A DNA stretch of 64,000 nt from positions 1 to 64,000 of the IMG/VR virus record IMGVR_UViG_3300025264_002028; one strand, written 5' to 3'. The notes beneath the pieces are model-generated. The model worked only from the letters and a program-made list of their open reading frames with translations. It ran no database searches and had not been told where the DNA came from. The DNA is from a virus. The position numbers and the translations under genes are program-made. How positions within the stretch are numbered: the stretch's first letter is position 1; every line of letters begins with the position of its first letter. This document shows positions 1-10,790 of the stretch, in pieces.

Positions 1-3000
1 TGTTGTGACTTAGATTTTAAATTTATACAAACATCTGGAACGTCAAAGATATACAATTTAATTGTGGGCGAACGGGGCTCCGATGTATCTGTTGATTTGT
101 ATGGGTTTGATGATGCAGAACTAGTAGATGGAGATGAAGAAAATTATTCTAAATTAGTTAATAATAAAGTAGAATCAGCAGGTCGTGTTCGCAAAGTGCC
201 CTATAATTTTCCATATGGACGATATCATTTATTTGAAGTTACTGTTGATAAATACAGTAGAATTTCTGCGATTACCCATAAAAACACTTATAACGGTGGA
301 AGCGATTTTGATTCTAACACAGTGAATCCTTGGTCTTCATTAGAAAATAAAGACACCGTGGATGCTTATGGGGAACAGCTCACTACTTATACAGGATTAA
401 ATGATTTAGAAGCATTAAGATCTAATAGATACTGGTATAAAGGTTTATTATATCATTGGTATGATACTACTGATACGCTTGTAAGAAGCGGTGGAACTGA
501 TACGGATTATTACTCTGATAAAGGTACACCCACTATTGGGCCGTCATCTAGCGGGGGTGGTGGTGGTATGGGTGATTGGTATATATTTGGGTGGGTAGAT
601 AGTTTTGGTAAAAGTGTAGCCTTAGATACCACGATGGCGTTTACATCTTCTGATGTTAAAGAAGATATTGGCGATCTTAAAGGCGCCGCATCTGTTGGTT
701 ATATCCATACTGATACCATATCAGAAGGAGCTATTAGCGCAGCTCGTCAATATATTTATGATAATACCAGATACGGTTTTACTGGGGGTTTTGCCGCACA
801 AAAGAATAAAGCAGAGGCGTTCGCTAAATGTATGCTCGCTAAAGAGGGCATATTGACATGGGGGCAATATAATATATCAGAATCTGGCCAAAAGCCCGGT
901 ATATATTTTTATGATTACTCTACAGGTACACCGCAGTTTTCCAATATTATAGTTTCGCAAAGTAAAATAGGTGATGTATCTGGAGACAGTTCCGACGATA
1001 TATTTGGTTCATATTTTAGATGCCATAAAGACCTATTGGTAGCCAATACATATGATGTTGTCAATGAGTTTGGCTTACGGCACCCCAATAAACATCAATA
1101 CATGTTTGTATTTACAAAAAGTAGATATGGTAACTTAGAGTATACACAAAAGATTGCTCCTGCTTTTAATAAAAAGGATAGCAAATATCCCGGTACTCTT
1201 CAGACAGATTTTAATTTAAAAGCTCTTCAGAATATCACATATGATAATAGACAAGACGGATCGGTTACATGGCGGTTGGATCTAACCAATAGGTTTGATA
1301 TATTTGAGGATAAAATTTTATTGAGAGACCCTGTTGAGTTTATTCTTTTTCAGAAAAGCTATAGAGATCAAAATAGATCAATAGATACTAAAAATACTAT
1401 TACCGCTAGTTTAGAAAACTATTTAGTATTTGAAGAAGATTTTAATACTGGACCGGACAACTTAGACACTTCTGTGTGGAATTTGAATAATGTATATCAA
1501 TATGACTTTACACATAGATATGGTCTTCAGAATACAGCTTTAATATATGATCAGATATATCGTCACAATACTCTTGTATATTTCTTTGACATTCCTATTA
1601 ATGACCAAGTATTTTCTGAATTTTTCGATTTAACTATTCGTCTTGATTCTGAACAAATAAAAACACTGTTTAATAATATTGATTACACAAATACAACGCC
1701 AGTTCTTCCTAAGATCATACTTTATCAGTATGATCCTCGTAGTATGATTAGTTTGTTTGGTGATGCTGGAGTGTCTCCACAAAAATATTCGGAAAGCGCT
1801 CCATTATATCGAGGGGGAGCTAATGATCTTTATTGGTATTTTGAAAACGATGTAAGCGATACTGGTTTAGCTGGAAGTTCTTTATACTATCAATGCGCAG
1901 ACACTAACACTAACAAAAGTTTGCCTCATGCTAATATATTTACTCCAACATATACGAATCTTGTGGGAGTGGATGGTATAAGTACCACAAGTTATGAAGG
2001 CACCATTACTATACCAAACATACAAAAGTATATAATATGGGAAAATTTGACAAAAGATGGTAGTGATTATACTAGGTCTTTTGTGACAAGTCCCGGTTCT
2101 TCCGATACCTATAATTTAACTTTTAATGATAGTAGCGCCGAATCTTATAATAGTAGTTATGTGGGCAAAACTATTAGGGCTACAATTGCTATAGGTATTG
2201 TGAGTCAAGATATAGAGGATTTTAATGCTGAGAGTTCTTGTGACTATACTAATCAGATAGCTCCTTATCGGGAGCCAAAAACAGGAAAATATTCCTATAT
2301 AAATACGGGTGGAGATCATGATTTTAGGAATGAAATAAGATTAAAGTCTGTTGATTTATCATTTAAGTATATAGATAAAATGAATGTACGTCGTTTTATG
2401 ACTAAATTCCATAAGGTGGCCGCTTTTGATTACGGATCAGCCGCCAGTACAAACTTAAGTGACGGTAATAGGCATTTTCCTCTTGATTATACGGGTACCA
2501 TCTATACAGATAATGACTTCCATAAAAGTGTGAATAACGATATTATTAGATTTGGAACGTCAGTAGCTGCTGCTCAATTAGATGAAGGTGTGGCTCCTCT
2601 TCAGGGTACATACAGTAAATCTGTACAGATAATAACTAACCAACACGTTACCACTAATGACACAGGAGCTTTAGGTGGTGTCTATTGGTATGTATTAAAT
2701 GATTCGTTAGTCAAAGGTTCTCGAACCACAGGTGGGGGTAGTAGTGGACAGACTTTAATTGAAGGGCCATGGTTAGGCGGTTTTGATATACAAGAACCAG
2801 AATATCTTCCCCTTTCTATTATATCATGGGACATGGCTAGTGGTACTGCTCCCGCTATAATTGGGGGTTCTTTGCCATCCAACAGTAGTATGATTATACA
2901 TACTGCTGGTATAGATGCTACAGACGCATCAATGATATTGCGTATGGGACCCGCTAATCTTGATGCATCAATGCCACTGACCATTAAGCCTATTGGGACT

Positions 3001-6000
3001 AAGAGTGAAGCGATACCTTTGGTTGGCCCTTATTTGAAGGGATATGATTCACCTCCCAGTAGTGGTATTCTTTATATCAAGGGGCCTGATGCTACCGGAA
3101 GCATGACTCTATACACACAACCGCCCGTTCCAATTGCTACTGATATAGATTTATATATACAACCTCCTATACCAATTAGTGGATGGGACTTAAGGCCTCC
3201 TCTTTTTGTAAACGCTCATCGCGCTTTTAATACTCCCCCAGCTGTTTATCCTAATCTATATTTACAGGGTTCAATTGCTGCCAGTGGATGGGATAATCCA
3301 GACACCGGTTTACGGCCCACATTATTTATTAAACAGAATGTGGTTACAGCCAGCGGAGTCCTTCATATTGCGGGACCAATACAGAAGACTAATACCGCAA
3401 GCCTAACATTAAATAGCGAGCCTTTGAATTCTGGTATTACGTTATTTATGGAGCCTACTTCAATTGATTCTAGTGCTTCTACTACTTTATGGATTGGCAA
3501 AAAGGATTCTGTTAAATCTTTGGATTTAGTGTTTCATGCTAACAGGCTTAATAGTTCAACTACTTTATTCACGAAAAGTCAATCTACAAAGTCTAATAGT
3601 TTGGATAATAGCCCCACTGCTCGCTGTGGAATTGGGGACCGTCAAAAGATATTTGATATATCTCCTCACGCTGAACCAGAAATTATTGCTACTCAAACAA
3701 ACTCTATAACTAGAGAAAGATATTATGGGACTGATTATCAGTATGGATTTAATTATATTAATAATTTAGGGTCTAAACTAGATGTTCTAAATACTAATAA
3801 CGCCCAAACATTTTTCTCAGAATATCTTAAAAAGGAATCGTTTGATACTAATGGTGAATATTTGGTTATAGCCGTTAATACTAGTGATACATATGCTGAT
3901 GTGATTGAAGACGTACAAATCTTTCAAATACTAAGTGATGACTCTGTTAATCTGCATACTACATATAGTACAGCTATTGCTGATTTACAAACAAAATCCG
4001 TTATTCCTTCGTCTTCCCTTTCGGAAACTATTGTTTATAAAGACGCTAAGATTTCGGCAGCTAACAGAATAGCCTTGGCCGCTAGAGTTTCTTATATAGA
4101 GCTGATTGATGAAGCCTTAGTCACTACCTATAAAAATGTGATCTTAATATTGAATAGTAGTTTTACTGTGGAAGCTGCTATTGGTGAAGTATATGATCCT
4201 ACTTCGTTAGCTGATAGTGTTATGGGAAGTTCTTTATTTTGGCAAGAAGAAGATTTGTATTATGATAAACAGACTCCATCATTTGGCGATATATATTCTT
4301 TAAAATACAGTGATTTATATTTGGTAGAAACTCGTGTTGCTAAATTTGAAGACACGTCATTTATGGCAAAATATATTGAGGGAACTGAGTTCTTAAGTCC
4401 CAATATTAAGACGGCCTTTGGAGCAAGAATACAAGTATATGATGACATTATGTTTATAGGGGCGCCGTTGTTTGATGGGTATATTACTCAAAATACATTA
4501 ACTTCTTTCCATTATTATTCTCCTCGGGGCGCTGTATTAATCTATACGAAGAGTGGTGGAACGTGGAGTCATTATGATACTGTGTATTGTGGGGGATTCA
4601 CCTCGGCTAATATCTCGTCTTCTAGCTATTCTATTGATTATGATATGGGCTTGTTTGGATATGACTTTGATTATAATCCTGTAAGTAGCAAACTGGTAGT
4701 TAGTGAGCCCGGTAATAAAAAGGCTTATAGATTCCAAGTTAATTCGGATGTATCAGCGAACCTCGAAGAAACATATACTGGTACCTCTGATGACCAAGAT
4801 TTTGGTTTTGCTATTAGTTCTTGCGGATATAACGATGCAATTACATTCTCTAAGACGGGCTCAGGCAAGATATACAACTTGACCACAGGTACCTCTTATA
4901 CGTTTAATCTAGATAATACTGACGATGAAATTCTTCCGTATGTACCTGTTGGATCAGTATTACAATCCTCTTCAGAGGAAATATATATAGCCAAAGTTTT
5001 GACGTTTGCTACTAGCGCTCAGCTTTTAGTGGCTAGAAAATTTAACTATAAATATGGTAATCAAACTTCTGATTCTACTCTTCAGAAATTTACTTTATTG
5101 AAAATATCTAAGTTGCTTGATAAAACATTATTTATCAGTGGCCCCAAACAATCTACGGGTTCTTTAGGGTTATATTTAAAACCGTATGAAGCATCTACAG
5201 CCTCTACAAGTTTGACGATTTCTAAAAATGAAGTTACCAGTGGTATTCCATTATATATGATGGTACCATCTGGGATGGTTGCTGATATGAATCTTGTAAT
5301 GAAGCAAAAAGAAGTGCTAGACGTACCTTTGTTTATAGAGGGTCTTTTCGAATCTGGTGTTAATACAGCCCCCTTTGTTATACACGGGCCAAGTGGCGAT
5401 AGTAATAATGCAAACTTATTTATGCCCACTATAGGTCGTCCATCTCAACCATTGAGTCTGAATATACAGTCTACATCTGGTAGTGGAGTTTTGGGTACAA
5501 GCCTATTATTTATAGACGAAGGAACCAGAGCCCCACTTAGCGGTATCGCTAATACCAGCCTATTTCTTGACGCTCCTAGAACAGCAGATGTATCTGGTAT
5601 GTCATCCGACGCTAATGTGTATATTTCTGGTGGGAACGCTGGGAATACAACATCCAATTTGGGCGTGACGATGTATTCCCCGCAATCCTCTGGCGTAAGT
5701 AATGCAATGTCTATGGCGATAGCAATAGAAGACAGTATTTTACCAACTGGAGTCATGACTAGCGGTATTTCTTTAGTGATGGGGAGCGGATATGGGACAA
5801 CTTCGTATGGTATAGCTAACATTGCCCCATTGCTTATTAAGTCTTCTTATCCAGCTAGTGGCGATATGTCATTATATCTAAATCGCCCTGCTGGAAATGT
5901 AATGAATCTTTTCCTTGAAAATACGATGGCTACCGGAGTGATGAGTATAGTTACTAGTGGAACATTTGGTTCTACAAATTCTATGGGATTATTTGCTAGT

Positions 6001-6057
6001 GGAGTGGGCGCTCCTAACGCTACGGGTATATTATACATTAGAGGTTATGAAGATTAG
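1..6057 (+). CDS. Very large putative virion/tail-fibre protein, 5'-truncated by the window; FG-GAP-like and beta-strand repeats
   Basis: Frame 1 is open from base 1, so the GTG at 64 is probably not the true start. Over 2000 aa, Ser/Thr/Gly-rich. FG-GAP-like motifs (SFGKSVAL, AFGARIQVYDDIMFIGAP, LFGYDFDY, DFGFAISS). Two blocks of short xLxIxG-type repeats. Confidence 0.6.
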   Translation, partial: CCDLDFKFIQTSGTSKIYNLIVGERGSDVSVDLYGFDDAELVDGDEENYSKLVNNKVESAGRVRKVPYNFPYGRYHLFEVTVDKYSRISAITHKNTYNGGSDFDSNTVNPWSSLENKDTVDAYGEQLTTYTGLNDLEALRSNRYWYKGLLYHWYDTTDTLVRSGGTDTDYYSDKGTPTIGPSSSGGGGGMGDWYIFGWVDSFGKSVALDTTMAFTSSDVKEDIGDLKGAASVGYIHTDTISEGAISAARQYIYDNTRYGFTGGFAAQKNKAEAFAKCMLAKEGILTWGQYNISESGQKPGIYFYDYSTGTPQFSNIIVSQSKIGDVSGDSSDDIFGSYFRCHKDLLVANTYDVVNEFGLRHPNKHQYMFVFTKSRYGNLEYTQKIAPAFNKKDSKYPGTLQTDFNLKALQNITYDNRQDGSVTWRLDLTNRFDIFEDKILLRDPVEFILFQKSYRDQNRSIDTKNTITASLENYLVFEEDFNTGPDNLDTSVWNLNNVYQYDFTHRYGLQNTALIYDQIYRHNTLVYFFDIPINDQVFSEFFDLTIRLDSEQIKTLFNNIDYTNTTPVLPKIILYQYDPRSMISLFGDAGVSPQKYSESAPLYRGGANDLYWYFENDVSDTGLAGSSLYYQCADTNTNKSLPHANIFTPTYTNLVGVDGISTTSYEGTITIPNIQKYIIWENLTKDGSDYTRSFVTSPGSSDTYNLTFNDSSAESYNSSYVGKTIRATIAIGIVSQDIEDFNAESSCDYTNQIAPYREPKTGKYSYINTGGDHDFRNEIRLKSVDLSFKYIDKMNVRRFMTKFHKVAAFDYGSAASTNLSDGNRHFPLDYTGTIYTDNDFHKSVNNDIIRFGTSVAAAQLDEGVAPLQGTYSKSVQIITNQHVTTNDTGALGGVYWYVLNDSLVKGSRTTGGGSSGQTLIEGPWLGGFDIQEPEYLPLSIISWDMASGTAPAIIGGSLPSNSSMIIHTAGIDATDASMILRMGPANLDASMPLTIKPIGTKSEAIPLVGPYLKGYDSPPSSGILYIKGPDATGSMTLYTQPPVPIATDIDLYIQPPIPISGWDLRPPLFVNAHRAFNTPPAVYPNLYLQGSIAASGWDNPDTGLRPTLFIKQNVVTASGVLHIAGPIQKTNTASLTLNSEPLNSGITLFMEPTSIDSSASTTLWIGKKDSVKSLDLVFHANRLNSSTTLFTKSQSTKSNSLDNSPTARCGIGDRQKIFDISPHAEPEIIATQTNSITRERYYGTDYQYGFNYINNLGSKLDVLNTNNAQTFFSEYLKKESFDTNGEYLVIAVNTSDTYADVIEDVQIFQILSDDSVNLHTTYSTAIADLQTKSVIPSSSLSETIVYKDAKISAANRIALAARVSYIELIDEALVTTYKNVILILNSSFTVEAAIGEVYDPTSLADSVMGSSLFWQEEDLYYDKQTPSFGDIYSLKYSDLYLVETRVAKFEDTSFMAKYIEGTEFLSPNIKTAFGARIQVYDDIMFIGAPLFDGYITQNTLTSFHYYSPRGAVLIYTKSGGTWSHYDTVYCGGFTSANISSSSYSIDYDMGLFGYDFDYNPVSSKLVVSEPGNKKAYRFQVNSDVSANLEETYTGTSDDQDFGFAISSCGYNDAITFSKTGSGKIYNLTTGTSYTFNLDNTDDEILPYVPVGSVLQSSSEEIYIAKVLTFATSAQLLVARKFNYKYGNQTSDSTLQKFTLLKISKLLDKTLFISGPKQSTGSLGLYLKPYEASTASTSLTISKNEVTSGIPLYMMVPSGMVADMNLVMKQKEVLDVPLFIEGLFESGVNTAPFVIHGPSGDSNNANLFMPTIGRPSQPLSLNIQSTSGSGVLGTSLLFIDEGTRAPLSGIANTSLFLDAPRTADVSGMSSDANVYISGGNAGNTTSNLGVTMYSPQSSGVSNAMSMAIAIEDSILPTGVMTSGISLVMGSGYGTTSYGIANIAPLLIKSSYPASGDMSLYLNRPAGNVMNLFLENTMATGVMSIVTSGTFGSTNSMGLFASGVGAPNATGILYIRGYED

Positions 6058-6066
6058 GAGACAAAT

Positions 6067-7422
6067 ATGGCTGTTACATATGGCAATTTTATAATAGGCG
6101 GCTCTAGTGGTAGCGATACTTCTACTAGAATTGATGGGCCTTTTCCAAAATATAGCATTAGTGTAGAGTCCAACTTTACTGAATCTGGTGATTTTCTATC
6201 AACCAAGTATTCTATTACGGTAAATGGAACTCTTACAATACCTACGTGGGCAACTGCCAACATTACAACTAAAGGTCAACGTCAATCAGTTATACAGAAA
6301 GAGATAAATAAAGCCCTTGCAGCCAGAACATCGTCTGGAAATGACGATAAAGCTACTTTAACTATTGAACCATATGGTGGACTTTCTAATGATATAGTAT
6401 TTACTAATGCTCGATTACTGAGTATTGAAATACCAGAACAAACCGATGAAAGCGCGGGGGTTCAAAATCAAGAATATAGTTTTTCTTTTGAAGCTTATGA
6501 TACAGTTGGATATAATATAGTTTCGGGATCTGAAACATGGGACGTGTCTAAAGACGACAGTATAATAATTGACTCTATTTCGGGACAAGAATATACATAT
6601 ACCGTAAGCCATACTGTAGAGGCTACTGGGGTTGGAACGGGTGGTACAACAGCATATGATAATGCAAGAACGTGGGTATTAGCGCGGGCTGGTACAAGTG
6701 GAAGCGGTGACCCTAGCGCAGACATTGGAGCTGGAGGGGGCACATATAATCACCTACAGTCTGTAAATAGCGATGTCCAAAGCGGATCATATTCTCAAAC
6801 GGACACATGGGTAAGAGCTGATGAAGCGTATAGCTCAGAAATTGATATAAGTACTGAGTCAGGCGAAGAGGGTATTACTACTATTACTGTAAATGGAAAT
6901 ATTCAAGGTTTAGATAGTTCAGATGCCAGTAGTAGATTAACAAATGCAAAAACTGGAAGAACCTATTGGGAAGGACAGGCTTTTACATTAGCTTCGGCGG
7001 TTTATAGTGTAGTAGGGGGTGCTCTTCAGTCCACAGTAATATCTAGCAGTCGGGGGGAGAGTCGAAGTGGTGGCTCAACTACTTTTAGTAGATCTTTTAA
7101 TGATGTAGTGGTTACTATTCCCGGTGCCATTGCTGAAAATGTTGATGTAACCTATGATAATTCAGATGGTGGTAATAAGGTAATGGCAATTCTTCAGGTT
7201 ATGAATAGAGCTGCTGGCCCAATTTTGCAGGATATGCAAACTACACCAGAAAAGAAACAAGGGCTTTCTGTAGATGCAACTATGGGTAAACAATATAGAA
7301 CAGCTAAGCCCACTTTTAATTGGGCTGCATACGCTCCTACTAATGGTCATAGGCAATCATTTAATGAGAGTTGGTCATCTGCTACAGGTAAGTATACTTT
7401 AAGTGTAGAATGGGTTTATTAG
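6067..7422 (+). CDS. Putative virion structural (tail-associated) protein
   Basis: 451 aa, AGGAG RBS upstream, S/T/G-rich beta-type composition, located among large structural ORFs. Confidence 0.5.
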   Translation: MAVTYGNFIIGGSSGSDTSTRIDGPFPKYSISVESNFTESGDFLSTKYSITVNGTLTIPTWATANITTKGQRQSVIQKEINKALAARTSSGNDDKATLTIEPYGGLSNDIVFTNARLLSIEIPEQTDESAGVQNQEYSFSFEAYDTVGYNIVSGSETWDVSKDDSIIIDSISGQEYTYTVSHTVEATGVGTGGTTAYDNARTWVLARAGTSGSGDPSADIGAGGGTYNHLQSVNSDVQSGSYSQTDTWVRADEAYSSEIDISTESGEEGITTITVNGNIQGLDSSDASSRLTNAKTGRTYWEGQAFTLASAVYSVVGGALQSTVISSSRGESRSGGSTTFSRSFNDVVVTIPGAIAENVDVTYDNSDGGNKVMAILQVMNRAAGPILQDMQTTPEKKQGLSVDATMGKQYRTAKPTFNWAAYAPTNGHRQSFNESWSSATGKYTLSVEWVY

Positions 7423-7431
7423 GAGATTATT

Positions 7432-10400
7432 ATGGCGGTGACTTTTAGTACACCGCTCCTTTTTGGGGCGAGAGTTATAAGCGTGAGCACATCTTTGGGA
7501 TGGGGAGGAGATTCTAGTACGTGCCAGTTGACGCTAGTAGATGATCCTGCTGATGGTTACACGTTAAGCTTGCCTGATGTAGGAACTGCCGTAGCGTTTC
7601 AATGGGGTGATTTTTATTTTGGTGGCGTATTTCAGCGGTATACACGTAAAAGAAGTCTGAGTGGTTTTACCTATGATGTAATTTTAGAATCTCCTTCTAA
7701 ATTAATGGATGGTATTCAGATTATTTTGGAAGGCTTTCAGGGTACCCAGTGGAGCTTAAGCGGAGCGGGGGGAGTATCTGATACCTTTACTAGTCAAATT
7801 AGTCAGGTTTGGAATCCATATGCGGTTAGAGAAAACTATAGTTTTGGAGGTATATGGGGGGGGGCGGATATAAATAGCGTTGGTTTTCCAGCTAAAGACG
7901 CTTTAACTTTGATTGAGGAGATATCAAAAGGCGAACATGACTTTGGAGGACCAGCCTATTTTGGAAACAGTTATTATGAAGTTGACTTATCAGAGATTAA
8001 AGACGCGCTCCCAGACAACTATAGAATTAAGGGGCCGGTGCAAAATTTAAATGCTATTCTGCAAGAATGTGCGGAAATTAATGTGCAAGATTATTTTGTT
8101 ACAGTTATAGGAGACGTTCCTAATCCTAGTACTGTTGATAGCGGTAATACTCCTACTACGCGCCCTGTGTTCGGGGGAAGCTCAGAGAGCGAGAACTTCG
8201 ATGTTATTGGAGTAGCAAATAATTCTCAAAAACGAGCAACCATACTTGTAAAAACTATATCAAGAAAAGCGCAACCTGAACCGGGTATTATTGAGCAAAT
8301 GGTTGAGCGAGCGTTTAACAATGGCGAGCTTATGTCGGCGGATAATGGTAAAGAATTATCAAACATCCCTACACAAAAACTTGTTATAGGCGGTCCTGCA
8401 AGTCGGTATATAGAAAAAACACAAAGTGAATTGATACCCATATGGTCCAAATCTCCTAATAATAAATATTTATTAGGTAGCGCTCTTCCTTCTGGTTATG
8501 ATAATTTTGCAACAGCTCCAGTACTACTGGATGATGGTTCCGTTTATCAGGCTACCGTTTTAGAAGTTAGATGTGCCCTATCTGACCGTAAAACATGGGA
8601 TACTTATCATGTGATTCAAGATGGGGGCGCTAGGACCGGAGCAGCCGCTCTAACAAGAGTGACTAATAATGTTATTGATAGAATGAATGAAAATATGGCT
8701 ACTCCCGGTTTACTGAAAGATAGTAGTGGTACAACCGCTAACGAACAGGCCAGATTTTTTAATAATCAAAACGTATCAGCTACCCCCGATAAAATTTTTA
8801 GTGCCGTACAAAGAGCTGGTTCAGAATTTTTTGGTAAGCAATTTTTGGTACAGCTTCCTTATGAAGAAGGGGGCTTTGCTAATAACTTGCGATGGATTGA
8901 TGAAGATAAAAAATATGAATCGTCTTGGGACATAGCTGATAGCGCATGGAGGGAAGATACTCCTATTAAGGATATATCATTTTATGACGGAGAAGGAAAA
9001 TTGGTTTCTGTTGCTACTTGGCCTATCAATGATAACCATGACTACAGCGCACTAGGGTCAAATTATGCTAAGACAGCCGCAGGAGACATGGCTGGAAAAG
9101 CTAATGTTAATAAGGAGATTTTATGGCTTGATTTTGGGTATGGAAGAAAACCTTATGCTACAGTTTCTTGTGACCAAGTTATGGCTTATGATACATATAC
9201 CACAGCTACTAATGGTCTCACATGGTTAATTTTTCTATTGGCGGGAAAGTTGGTTAGTCCAAAAAATTATGGTATGTTTGGTTTTGAAAATTCACAAATA
9301 CCACTAGGGCCAGTCCCAGCGGCTCCTAATATTGTAGGAATACCACAGCAAAGTAATCGTTATTCTTGGGGTCCTTGGTATAAATATGCTGCTCAAAATG
9401 GAAAAGCTGTAGTACAAGTGGAAGAAAGTTTACGCCCAGAAACTTTTGGTAATGCTGCTAAAATGGATGAGTCAGGTTTTACTTATGCAAATGTGGGCCT
9501 CGCTGAAATGACAGCAGATGAAAGTGGTTATGTAGAATTAGCCGAAGTACCCCAATATAATGTTGCTGATAGAATGGAAGATGTAGGTCCATATATAACT
9601 AGTATAGACATTAGTATAGGGGTGGATGGTGTCAAAACAACTTATAAATTTAATACTTGGACACCAAACTTTGGAAAGATAGCTAAGTATAATATAGATA
9701 GAATATCCAGAATCAATACAGCAAGTATTGCTTTTCTTCAGGATCAACGGAATAGAATTACAAAAAGGCCTTTACCCCAGAAACAACTTGGGACTGGCGG
9801 AACGTGGACAAGACCTAGAGTGCATGATGGATATGCTAAAATGCAAGGTATGTCAGGAATGGCTGGATTTTTTATGGGAGTAACAGCTTCCCCAGAAGTT
9901 CAAAGACCTGCGACATCCGCAATGGACCCCTCTGCTGCTTTACGCGGTATAGCAAATAATTTTGGTGGCTCTTGTTATTCTTCATGGGAACAATTAATTA
10001 GTCCTATATCTATTGACAAAGACCCTAGTGATAATAGTGTAACTCCCGGTTTTCGTCCTCCGGGACAAGGACATAATGATGATGACGATGACGGTGTTTT
10101 TGGGGGCGCAAGTACGCAGGTTGCGCCTACTAATATTGACTTGAGTCCATATTTTCCTCATATTTTTGCTTTTCACGGTGACGTAAGAAACACAGATTTT
10201 GAATTTGTAGTAAATTCTGATACTCATAGTGGCGATGGTCCGGGCCAAACAAATGATATTAATTTACAAAAGGTTACAATTGACCCGCTGAATGTAAGGC
10301 CCAATAATGCCCTTCGAGGGCCGCTAGTCATGTGCGGATGGGGTTATGATATTGCAAGTATGCCAACTCCAGCAGATGATACAGATCCTACTCAATTTAA

Positions 10401-10779
10401 TCTAGCTACTCCCCGTAATAGATCTTTATGGAAAACTGGCCCAGTTGATTTAATGTGGGATGATGAACGTCAAGTATGGTGTGGCGGCCTCTTGATGGTG
10501 GAAGGTATTCTGTCTGCCGATTTACAAAAACCAGCTAATACTGAAAGCCCTACAACAGCTAGTGTTGAATTATATCGTAGTATTAATGGAGAGTGGACAG
10601 GAGGAAAACCTAGAAAGGGGCCTGATGGACAAAGTGGCGCAACAGAAGAGATTGTATTAGTAAATAGAGACACTTCTCTAGAGGCACGAGCAGGAGCTTA
10701 TGTATTAGCGGTAAGAATAAATTATGAATGGCGTCCTTTAGTTGTTACCTGTACATCGCCACCTTCATCTTCTAGTTAA
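7432..10779 (+). CDS. Putative tail/baseplate hub-like structural protein
   Basis: 1115 aa, AGGAG RBS. The N-terminus (GWGGDSSTCQLTLVDD...YDVILESP) and the internal ITSIDISIGVDGVKTTY segment resemble tail hub proteins. Function inferred from context. Confidence 0.45.
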   Translation: MAVTFSTPLLFGARVISVSTSLGWGGDSSTCQLTLVDDPADGYTLSLPDVGTAVAFQWGDFYFGGVFQRYTRKRSLSGFTYDVILESPSKLMDGIQIILEGFQGTQWSLSGAGGVSDTFTSQISQVWNPYAVRENYSFGGIWGGADINSVGFPAKDALTLIEEISKGEHDFGGPAYFGNSYYEVDLSEIKDALPDNYRIKGPVQNLNAILQECAEINVQDYFVTVIGDVPNPSTVDSGNTPTTRPVFGGSSESENFDVIGVANNSQKRATILVKTISRKAQPEPGIIEQMVERAFNNGELMSADNGKELSNIPTQKLVIGGPASRYIEKTQSELIPIWSKSPNNKYLLGSALPSGYDNFATAPVLLDDGSVYQATVLEVRCALSDRKTWDTYHVIQDGGARTGAAALTRVTNNVIDRMNENMATPGLLKDSSGTTANEQARFFNNQNVSATPDKIFSAVQRAGSEFFGKQFLVQLPYEEGGFANNLRWIDEDKKYESSWDIADSAWREDTPIKDISFYDGEGKLVSVATWPINDNHDYSALGSNYAKTAAGDMAGKANVNKEILWLDFGYGRKPYATVSCDQVMAYDTYTTATNGLTWLIFLLAGKLVSPKNYGMFGFENSQIPLGPVPAAPNIVGIPQQSNRYSWGPWYKYAAQNGKAVVQVEESLRPETFGNAAKMDESGFTYANVGLAEMTADESGYVELAEVPQYNVADRMEDVGPYITSIDISIGVDGVKTTYKFNTWTPNFGKIAKYNIDRISRINTASIAFLQDQRNRITKRPLPQKQLGTGGTWTRPRVHDGYAKMQGMSGMAGFFMGVTASPEVQRPATSAMDPSAALRGIANNFGGSCYSSWEQLISPISIDKDPSDNSVTPGFRPPGQGHNDDDDDGVFGGASTQVAPTNIDLSPYFPHIFAFHGDVRNTDFEFVVNSDTHSGDGPGQTNDINLQKVTIDPLNVRPNNALRGPLVMCGWGYDIASMPTPADDTDPTQFNLATPRNRSLWKTGPVDLMWDDERQVWCGGLLMVEGILSADLQKPANTESPTTASVELYRSINGEWTGGKPRKGPDGQSGATEEIVLVNRDTSLEARAGAYVLAVRINYEWRPLVVTCTSPPSSSS

Positions 10780-10790
10780 GGAATACAGCT

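Noticed and set aside
10074-10094. Low-complexity GAT/GAC run (poly-Asp) and similar Gly/Ser runs
   Set aside because: Short in-frame coding low-complexity tracts, not tandem-repeat elements.
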